Below are positions 54,870-64,000 of a stretch of 64,000 nt of DNA, in pieces; position 1 is the stretch's first letter; every line of letters begins with the position of its first letter. This stretch comes from Octopus sinensis (Eukaryota), in contig NC_043000.1 in NCBI RefSeq assembly GCF_006345805.1, positions 52,886,001 to 52,950,000 on the forward strand, given 5' to 3'. The position numbers were made by a program, and so were the translations under genes. The notes under the pieces were generated by a model. That model saw only the letters and a program-made list of their open reading frames with translations. It had not been told where the DNA came from and searched no databases.

Positions 54870-55530
54870 CCACTAAGTCAACAATTGCACCAGCTCCACC
54901 AAATTGCTTAAGACTTCTGATTCGCAGGTAATTCCACTATTAATCTTACTATCGAGATAAGTGACGTGGCCAGCAACCTCGACATTATCACCCACAAGAA
55001 CAACTGTGGTGGAGTCCGCAAAGAAGCTAACAAAGCGCTTCATCTTTGTTTTGCTCCGAGAGATTCCAAGGTCAAACGACTCCGCTTTCTGTCTCTCTCT
55101 CAGTTAAGGGAAAGCGCCACTTAAGTCATACAGAGAATTAGCAAGAATAAATCTCACCATCAAACCCAAGGTCTTTCATCCTAGATTATGAGTGCACCAC
55201 AACACGATCATGCCACCAGTTGGCCACGTATCCAATCAATGATAGTATTGAACAAGTAGGAGCAAAGACAAAAAACGTCTGAGAGATCCCAGAGCTAACC
55301 AGCAAAAAATCAGATCTAAAACACCGATACCGAACTGCACTGAGTGTTCCGGTGTACAAAGCTACTATCTTTTTTCCGAGGTAGATCCTGCTTACTGTGT
55401 TCTCGTCACAGAGCTTCTGGTTAGGTGGGCAGCTCGTGTTTGTCAAATATATGTCACATAGCTACGGCAGATTAGGTGTCATTTCGCAAATATGGGACTG
55501 AGACTGACCCTACTCGATGCCTCAGTGGAG
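54870..55530 (+). mobile_element. Highly decayed CR1/L2-like LINE 3' end (tentative)
   Basis: SYRELARINL resembles the CR1 SYEERLxxLNL motif; GC-richer, non-microsatellite block. Confidence 0.25.
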
Positions 55531-55819
55531 ATGACTCGAAATATACCGACAATGAAAGTAAGAACCTACGCGCTGCAAAGTTGAGTGCAGTTTCTGAGTA
55601 GGGTTTGTGTGAAATGAAATTGAAACTTCACACGAATTCCTAAATTTGGATAGTAGATAAAAGTCGATTATGTATACTCTACTATCAAATTGGTATTTTA
55701 TTTCTGTGGGCCTAGAAAAATGGAAGGCAGTGTACATCATGCTGAGAATTAATCCAGGAAAAATGACCTAGTAGTTTTCGCTCCTGAAGAACATTCTAGT
55801 TGATAATATTTTGCTTGAG

Positions 55820-56005
55820 GCGAAGGCGTTGTAATTCTAAGCGGCAATTCGTACATCTTTGTATTCTGATTTCGAATTCCACCGAAGTTGATATTGCCTT
55901 ACATCCTTTGGGAGTCGATAGAATACCAGATGAGTACAAAAACCGATGTAATCGGCTGTCTCCTGTCCCGATATTTCTGGCACTGAGACAAAATGTGCGA
56001 CCAAT
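55820..56005 (+). mobile_element. tRNA-derived SINE
   Basis: ctaagcggcaattcgt...tctgatttcgaattccaccgaagt...catcctttgggagtcgat. Confidence 0.7.
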
Positions 56006-56528
56006 ACTTTACTTCGCATGACTCTGGTATATGTAAGATTAAGTTAGTTAGTATAGACTATCAGTTACATTGCTGCTTACACTAGAGCATCAGAATTTGT
56101 ATCTAAGTACATACAGACAATTGGTACCTCAAAAAGAGGAAAATATGTTTCAGCTTAGGGAGAATTAGAACTCAGCATTTAAGACACTCAATGAAATATA
56201 ACTTCAGATTTTGTTCACTATCCTACAGAATCACTGCCTTTTGAAAGGATAAATAGTTCTAAATAACTGCACGCTACATGATGAAGATGACTGATTTATT
56301 ATGAAAGTAATGTTCATATACTTAGTCATTAATTTCTTTCATTTAATGATTTGTGTTCATCTCCCACAAGGGATTTGATCCCATGGGTGATTACGTATTA
56401 TTAATCTTCTGAAGAAGGAACAATTGATTATATATATTGACCTTATAACAATACACTATTTCCGTGAGAATGATAACTAATTTTCAAATGAACTATCTCA
56501 TTAACGTCGAACGGCATTCCTTTATTAA

Positions 56529-56572
56529 TACATACATACATACATACATACATACATACATACATACATACA

Positions 56573-56600
<28 letters not shown>
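56529..56600. repeat. (TACA)n tetranucleotide microsatellite
   Basis: Directly visible. Confidence 0.95.
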
Positions 56601-56605
<5 letters not shown>

Positions 56606-57289
56606 CTATATATGTATGTATGTATATATATGTATATATGTATATATACTCATATTCATATGTCTTACGACCCAAAGCACATGCTCTCTCTTACTTAATC
56701 TCTTTCTCCCTCTCTTCTCTCTCTTCTCTCTCTTCACTAATCATGTAAATTTATCTAACATATGAGCTTATCAAAGTATTCTTCAGGTATGAATTGATTT
56801 GGGTTATTAATGCAGATGTTGTCTTCGATTGTTTCCTAGTGGCATGCTTTCTCCGAACTGCCACTCAGTATGTAAATTCTGTTTAATCCGGTTAATATAA
56901 CTAAGAATTCATTGTACTTGTGTGGACTCCACTCCTTGATCCACGTAGTAGAAAATTATGATTCATCTCTTGCATATATTTTCATTCTATCCCTTTAGGA
57001 AATCTGTATTAATAATGAACTTCAACGGGCGATCAGTGCCCAATTATGACTCATATTTCTTTTTAGCAAAGTATCACCGGCATTAAAGATAGTCATTGAT
57101 CTTGTGCGTTCTCTGACGAAATTAAATTTGGTTTGAAACGCTGTAAGAATCTGTGTAGTTTCACAAAGGGAAATAGTGTCGATCCGTCAATGTTACATAA
57201 ACATTACGCATATCGGCATCATAAGCTTAAAGATTTGTATTGGAGATAAATCTACGAATAATACTAGCTAACACAGTTTCTGTAATTTC

Positions 57290-57602
57290 GTGCATATGTT
57301 TAGAATGTACAGCAGCCCATCTAGCTCTTGGTTAGATCTCCCATGGTCTCTTATAGCTCTTGGTCATTCTTTTCAAACAACTTTAGATCGCCCATGGTGT
57401 CTTATCGTGCGGAGAATGTTGTACCGAAAGCCAATGTTTTACAATTCATTTGAGACTGACATCAGTGCTATGTGAAAAGTAATGGAGTGGGGGGTCACCT
57501 TGGAAGTTGCCTCATTTGATGCTGATGTTGTTGGATTCGCACACCATATTATTGGCCATTCTAATTCATAAGAATTTGGAGATGACGAGAAATCATATAT
57601 AT

Positions 57603-57659
<57 letters not shown>

Positions 57660-58447
57660 ACTCAACTTATGTGTCTGTGTGTTTAACTTCCCGGCACATC
57701 TCCTCCTAGCCAACAAATAGTAGAACCACAAAAAATGGCTCACTTAAATTTTAGGCGAATGAAAATTGAACTGCGCTATATCTGTTCCGAAATTCATCTC
57801 GCAAGTGCAAAACTCGAAAATGTGTTTGTTTAGGCGTTATTCCATGCATTGAATAGTGAACTTTACTCAGTCAGCTGTTTGACGTGATCTGTGTGCACCA
57901 CGCGTGCAAGCATGCGTAAATTGCATGAAAAATAAAAAAATCAAGATATAAAAACGAATCGCCGTAAACATTGTAGAGATTCGGTAAAAAAATGAATTTT
58001 CGGGATGTAGCCTGAAGGGTTTTTTCGTATTAATCGTTTGGACTTTGTGAACACATAGCAATTGCTTTCATAACATTTTTGACGCTTTGAATTAAATGTG
58101 ACCATTTTGCGTTGAGTCTGCAGTTTGAATCACTTGAACCAAATTTTAGCAGGCCGGATTTTTTATCATCACGATACATCGCCAGCGACTCCCTGAGACT
58201 CTTCCCTGAAATCCCCGTTGAGAAACACTGATCTAAAAGAATAATTCAACGATGCAATTATTTGATCGACAAAAATTTATGAAAAGCTTCTACGTACTTT
58301 CTATTGAGGAAATGGAACACATGAGCGCAAAATAGAGGGCTTGATTTTAAAACCCAAATAACTGAATTTTGATTGAACTTCATCCAAGTTTAGCTTAATT
58401 CACACGTGCATAGAACGCACGAGCGCACGAGCCGGGTAATACTGCTA

Positions 58448-58501
<54 letters not shown>

Positions 58502-59165
58502 CAAAGGCCTTGAGTATCCATGTCTGAAGGATATTATCAAACGCTTTCTTTTAGTCTTCCATGCCAAACTCAAGTACTTTGGTTCTGGCAATTTCCTAAA
58601 ATCAATCTATTTATGAGCAATTGGTCTTTGTTCACCTAGAAATTTCCTCAACAAACTTTTTGATCTTGCGGACAGGAAGGCGTACATTCAAGGAAGGCGT
58701 ACATTCCTTCAATTGTTATAGATGTGTGAATATTGTAAGTGGTATTGAGATATGTTATTGTTCAGTAATTCTTCGGGTTTTTATGCCATTAGTATATGGT
58801 TATGTAATTCCTCAAGTCTGCCAGACAGGTACTTGCTCTGAGTCCTCAATGATGTCAGTGAGAGATACAACAAGATTTTCCTGCACTTGTGCCAAACAAT
58901 TTCGCCAAAAGTTTGAGATTCGATATGGTCCTGGGGTTTTCAATTTGTGAGACTTTCTAAAAACGCATCTTAGTTATTCTAATCCTATTTCCTCCCACTT
59001 CTGTTCTTTAACTTCAGAAGTCTCTCTATCTCATGTTCCCTTCAGTCAACTTCAGCCTTATACTGTTTCGTCACTCCATGTTTTCTTCCAGAACTCTTTC
59101 ACAATAATGTCTTAGGTGTTTCTTCTACTTCCATCTTAATTTTGCCAAATTCCCAGTATAATTTA
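57290..59165 (-). mobile_element. Old R4/Dong-type LINE RT relic, split by an insertion
   Basis: EFWKKTWSD...EQKWEEI...KTPGPYRISNFW...PVWQT*GIT...KAFDNILQTWILKAF | ISIK*GNFQGD...MGDLKLFEKNDQEL (degenerate YMDDLKLF). Confidence 0.8.
57597..58478 (+). mobile_element. Non-autonomous Helitron-like insertion flanked by (TA)n
   Basis: 3' end has the hairpin cgtgc-atagaac-gcacg, then ...tactgCTAGt; it interrupts the R4 RT relic at an AT site. Confidence 0.55.
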
Positions 59166-59168
59166 CTC

Positions 59169-59184
59169 CCTCCTCCTCCACCAC

Positions 59185-59276
<92 letters not shown>

Positions 59277-59300
59277 ACTGCTGCTGCTGCTGTTGCTGCT
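59169..59300. repeat. Compound trinucleotide microsatellite (CCT)(CCA)(CTA)n(CTG)n
   Basis: Directly visible; lies between two R4/Dong relics. Confidence 0.97.
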
Positions 59301-60600
59301 AATGTTACTCTTTTTATCTTAGGCTCTGTTGTAAGACCCGCAGTCTTACATGTGTGGTGAGCTTGCTGCCTGCATCTTACGGTAGTATGCTATCTGATCT
59401 TTCCAACTATCCAATACTTACCTGATTATTCTGGCCTTGCCAAGGAGCCAAACCTTTTGTGATAGTTCTACTGGACACTCAATTCTGATTTCCTTTATAT
59501 ACCTCTTGATGTATTCTGATACTCTTCCGAAGGACTCAACAATTATTGGCACTATCTTCACTTTCTTCATTTTCCATAGCCGGTCAATTTCGTTCTTAAG
59601 AGAATTGTATATATTTACTTTATCGACTTCCTTCTTGACTACTCGTGGGTCAAAGGGGCTCGCAACATCAACTATATAGCATATGTGGTACACCTTGCCG
59701 ACTACTATTTAGTCTGGTTTGTTATGTCTAGCACCTGATTTGTTTGGATTGGAAAATCTCAGCGGAGTTTGCGAGTCTCCGACTCCAACACTCTGCGGTT
59801 TGTGTTCATATCACGTCGTAGCTCTTTCTAATCCCCATTTTTCGCACAGTTTACAGTGTAAGACTTTCGCTACCTCATCGTGTCACCACTCGTTCGTGAT
59901 ATGGGCAAAGGTCTCGCCCACTCTATTACACCTGCAGTACATTGAAACCAGTGAATATACTTCTTCATTCCTAAGGTTCACCCTCCAATTCAGGATCAAA
60001 GCCTGGTTTTGCGTTGCCAGTATAGTGCTCTCGGTTTCTTTTTTCAGTCTTCCTTACTTCAGCCAATCCCAACTATGTCTTCTAGCAAATTCAGTTGTGG
60101 CTACATGGATTTAATTATGTAGTTCCTTGTTGCGTACTTCTTCGTCGTCCTTTTCCTACTTATTTTTTTCATATTTTCTCTGCTTTCAATACTCTCATTC
60201 CTAACTCACTCTAGAAAAGTTTCCTTACTTTGGGCTAGGTATCTGGTTGAGCTCTCGAGTTCGATACATACGCAGTCTTCCACACTTGCCAGTACCTTTC
60301 CTGTATTTGTGCTCATCATGCCATTCCGCTTCCTCTATTTGACCTCTTCATTTGTCCTCTTCTTCAAGGTATGCACGTGGGTGATGGACTCCACGCATCC
60401 TTAGGTAGGAGCTTTCTTGACTTCTTGTTTAAGTCCTTTAGCCCCTCCGCTGTTTACGTTAGGGCCATACCGGACAACTGTGACTGCGTGTAAGTTTACC
60501 GCCAGCATCATGTTGCTGGCATTCTGCTTTCAAAGCAGTATTCTTCTCAATCGCTGCAGGTACTCTTTCTTTGTCTTTTCTTTCATATTTTAGTGTTTAA
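59301..60600 (-). mobile_element. 5'-truncated R4/Dong-type LINE (RLE end), degenerate
   Basis: CRCNRVGETFAHI...HDEVAKVLHCKLCEKW...YEHKP...KPD...IVDVASPFDPRV...EIDRLWKMKKVKIVPIIV. Confidence 0.85.
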
Positions 60601-60700
60601 TTCAACCTGCCTCAATTATTCCCGGCTGTTTATAACCGTTTTCAGGTACCATTGCCTTCATCTTTCCACCATGTCACATACACATGCTTTCTCACCGCAG

Positions 60701-60967
60701 CCAGTGAGGTTCACTATTCTGTTAGACAACGAAACCCGGAAGATAGCCTTAAAAATAGAATGGGTTCCAGGTGGCAATAATTCGGAGTGGTCAGTGTTTT
60801 TGCTTAGAGTTGTGGGCAACGTCGAACGTGAAAGGAAGACACATGTGTTAAAAAATAAAGCTTACATTGAGGCAACTCGTGGCATGCCGGTGTCGAGTAG
60901 AGGGCGTGAAGTTTTTATAAAATAAACAGATGAAACAACAGTAAACGTCTGCACCAGAGGTGACAAC
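60701..60967 (+). pseudogene. Candidate FN3-like exon with a single in-frame stop
   Basis: Acceptor ctttctcaccgcag and donor gtatgt bracket 267 nt (89 codons, phase 0-0). LKIEWVPGGNNSEWSVFLLRV resembles FN3 strand B (W-x-PG) of nephrin-type CAMs; TAA at 60923-60925. Confidence 0.4.
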
Positions 60968-61102
60968 GTATGTCTAGGGAGATTTATGTAAAGCAATCGG
61001 GTTTCTTTTATTAGGATCCTTACTAGGATATCAATATGTGTGGGAGAATTACTTCTTTGTCATACTCAGCTAAGGGAAGAAAAACGACAGAGCAATTACC
61101 AT

Positions 61103-61148
<46 letters not shown>

Positions 61149-61837
61149 ATACTAAGATATTCATGGGGGTACGTTTTCCTTCATAAAATTATCCTATAAT
61201 TTCAAGCTGGTTTATTTTTCACGGATGGTAAATGCACAACTATAGTGTATGTAATAGAATGTGAACTATGATTTTAGGTGTCATTCCTGCGGAAGTAAAA
61301 TGCTTTAAAGTCTTCTTTTGTTTTACCACTATCGCTGCTGTATCAATTTATGTATCCCTTATTGAGTTACATACAGGTCACCTATTATCATTTGCATCAA
61401 AAACATAAATATTTGCTCTGGCATATTACAATATCAAATATGTTAATGTATCATAAAAACAACGGAAATAATATATAACAATGTATGAATTCAAAACAGA
61501 TAAGTAATTTACAGATATGCATCAGCATATCTGTAAATTGACAATATTTATATTATTGCATATTTCAGTTTAGCGAATATATACAGTATTGGAATGAATG
61601 CATGATTATTTTTCACGGTTGCAGTCAGACATAAAAAATGACACAACACATATTTTGCCGATATTTTCAATTTAAATTCAAAACATATACATATATATAT
61701 ATATATACACACATACGTAATATACTCAATTGTTTAGATTGATAAATATATTCGTCTGAGTAAGATAACTACTACAATAATATATAAATGGGTCACGTAT
61801 TTTGAGATAAAATTGATGATTTGTGCCGGCAATTTGG

Positions 61838-61954
61838 AAAATCAAGTTCATTGTAATGCGTCTTTATCGTTAAAATAAGTACTAATAGCACACCAAAATC
61901 AAGTTCATTGTGGTGCGTCTTTATCGTTAAAATAAGTACTAATAGCACACCAAA
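61838..61954. repeat. 57-bp tandem duplication
   Basis: aaaatcaagttcattgt...taatagcacacc at 61838 and 61895; two substitutions. Confidence 0.95.
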
Positions 61955-62490
61955 GGCACTTTAATGAAGATCCAAAACTAATTAAAAAGAAGGAAATAGA
62001 TTAATCTAATACAGATTTAGATCAAATTAACTGGCATTTTAAAGGTTTCTGCAAGTATTTTCCAACTGGAAACTTGTCGAGGCACCAATGTTGGATTCCA
62101 TTCCTCTTTGACAATAACACAAACATCATATTGTACCCAAGTCTGATAAAATAAATGTTCTACTTAATCAGAAAATCAATGAATTTAATATAATTTTTCA
62201 ATGGCATTTATATGAGATTATTGCATTTCATTTTGTTTATTCTATTTATGAACTTATTTTAATTGTGAGTATTTGGAATAAAGATTAGATTGTTACTAAA
62301 TATATATTTCTATTAAATACAGTATCTGAAAATAAGATAATATGCTTAAATATTTGAAATTTATCAAAATTGGTATCATGGGCTTTCAAAGGTGAAATAC
62401 CCGTCATTAGTGTATAATTTTAAAATGGTTTTGTATTGAAACAACGAAAGAATGAGGAAATATTTTCATAAAGCACACACACACACACAA

Positions 62491-62540
<50 letters not shown>

Positions 62541-63471
62541 TCATATATATATATACTCGCACCATACACTAAATAAAGTATGCAAAATAAAGAATAAACA
62601 AAATGTGCGGTAAAGTAAGTACAGAATAAAAATTGTGGATATAAAATTATAAATATCAACACAGCAAATATTTTAAAACAGACAATGAATTGCAAAAATA
62701 ACTTGAAAGTATTACATTAATTGTGAATTTGTAATTTTATTCTGTGATGTGTAGCTATTTAAATCTAAAATTGTTCAAACAGCACATGTATTTCACGCAA
62801 CAAAGATATTTATTCCACTGGCGTTTGTGAGATCTAAAGAGACATGATAGCAGCTTGTTACAACATAAGATTATCCAAACATAATGAATGCGATTTCTTC
62901 ATGACTAGCAGTCGGTGTCTAGTGAAGATTAGCGTTTTGATAGTAGGAGATGTCGATAATTTGTGAACGACTTATTTAAAGTTTTGCGCTGAAATAATAA
63001 GTAAAATAATTATATTTACTTTCCATATATAATTTAAAGTTTTCAAGCAGCGTCAATGTTCTTGAATATTTATATATTTTTTATACTTCTGACATCTGTT
63101 AATTGGAATAACAGAAACTATATCTATATTTCTAACGAATTGAATCATAGGTATGCATCGCCATGGCATACCAGCAACTAGTTCTTGCACTATATATACA
63201 GCTATAGACTGGCGATTCGAATCGTCACCGTTTCGCTTCAGATAGGTAATATTAATAGCCTCAAAATGGCGAAATATCTAAGTCCATCACTCCTAAATTC
63301 CAACGGAAGTGAGTTGTTTTGCCTGTCTATAACTTTCTTGCGCTTATAACATTCAGTCTTATGAAAACATCGTCTCCCAAGTATTATTCCGCAGTCAACC
63401 GGTGAACACATGAAACATATACATTGAGGGTGTGTAGTCGATAATGTTTACATCTATATTTCTATTTTCAG

Positions 63472-63720
63472 GTAACGTAAGAGATATAGGTACTTGGTGC
63501 TGGTGTAGACGTAAAGTGCTTAAATGGAGTGACGTCGGTAAAAAGATTGCCAATGGATAAATATCACGGTTAATGTATAGAGACAACAGAGTTGACGTAC
63601 GAGAGATGGTATGGCAGTTCAAAGGTGAAGTTTAGTTAAAATATACGAAGAATACAAGGTTCGAAGTGTCGAATACAAACAAAGGTGAAGCAAAGAGGAA
63701 GGTGTCGTTATGTAAATATG
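63472..63720 (+). pseudogene. Possible degenerate Ig-domain exon
   Basis: Strong acceptor tatttctattttcag; with frameshifts reads NVRDI-VLGAGVDVKC...VWQFKGEV*...RFEVSNT. Confidence 0.25.
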
Positions 63721-63765
63721 AGTAGTTTAGAGATATGTAATAAGTTATTATCAATCTAGTGCATC

Positions 63766-63807
<42 letters not shown>

Positions 63808-63927
63808 AACTACTTTGGAGGTTAAAAACAATAACATTCTGTTGTGAAGTAATTCTAACCCTCTAACATCGAAATTAAATTTCCAGGTTATTGCAGCAAT
63901 TACGTTATCATTATCAAAAACGAAAAA

Positions 63928-63996
<69 letters not shown>

Positions 63997-64000
63997 CATA

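Noticed and set aside
59142-59360. Poly-Pro/Thr/Ala ORF
   Set aside because: Translation of the compound trinucleotide microsatellite between LINE relics.

Overview
AT-rich, microsatellite-dense metazoan genomic DNA. The tRNA-headed SINE and Penelope repeat families look like those of octopus (inference from recall, not a database search). No intact host gene is evident. The only long ORF (48646-52233, minus, 1195 aa) is an apparently intact R4/Dong-clade non-LTR retrotransposon (Myb-like N-terminus, RT, CCHC knuckle, restriction-like endonuclease) embedded in (TAA)n. Four more R4/Dong relics occur in two nests (46.5-52.3 kb and 57.3-60.6 kb), with head-to-tail copies separated by trinucleotide microsatellites. 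Other mobile DNA: Penelope-like, RTE, CR1/L2-like, mariner, Helitron-like and SINE relics. Notable structures: a perfect 445-bp palindrome (43304-43748), a 1.77-kb tandem duplication (about 11.7-15.4 kb), a ~100-bp hairpin, and hammerhead-like motifs in Penelope tails. Scattered plus-strand segments read as disrupted Ig-, SEA-, EGF- and FN3-like exons and may be the relic of a large modular cell-surface protein gene. All domain calls are by-eye motif recognition, and most element boundaries are approximate.
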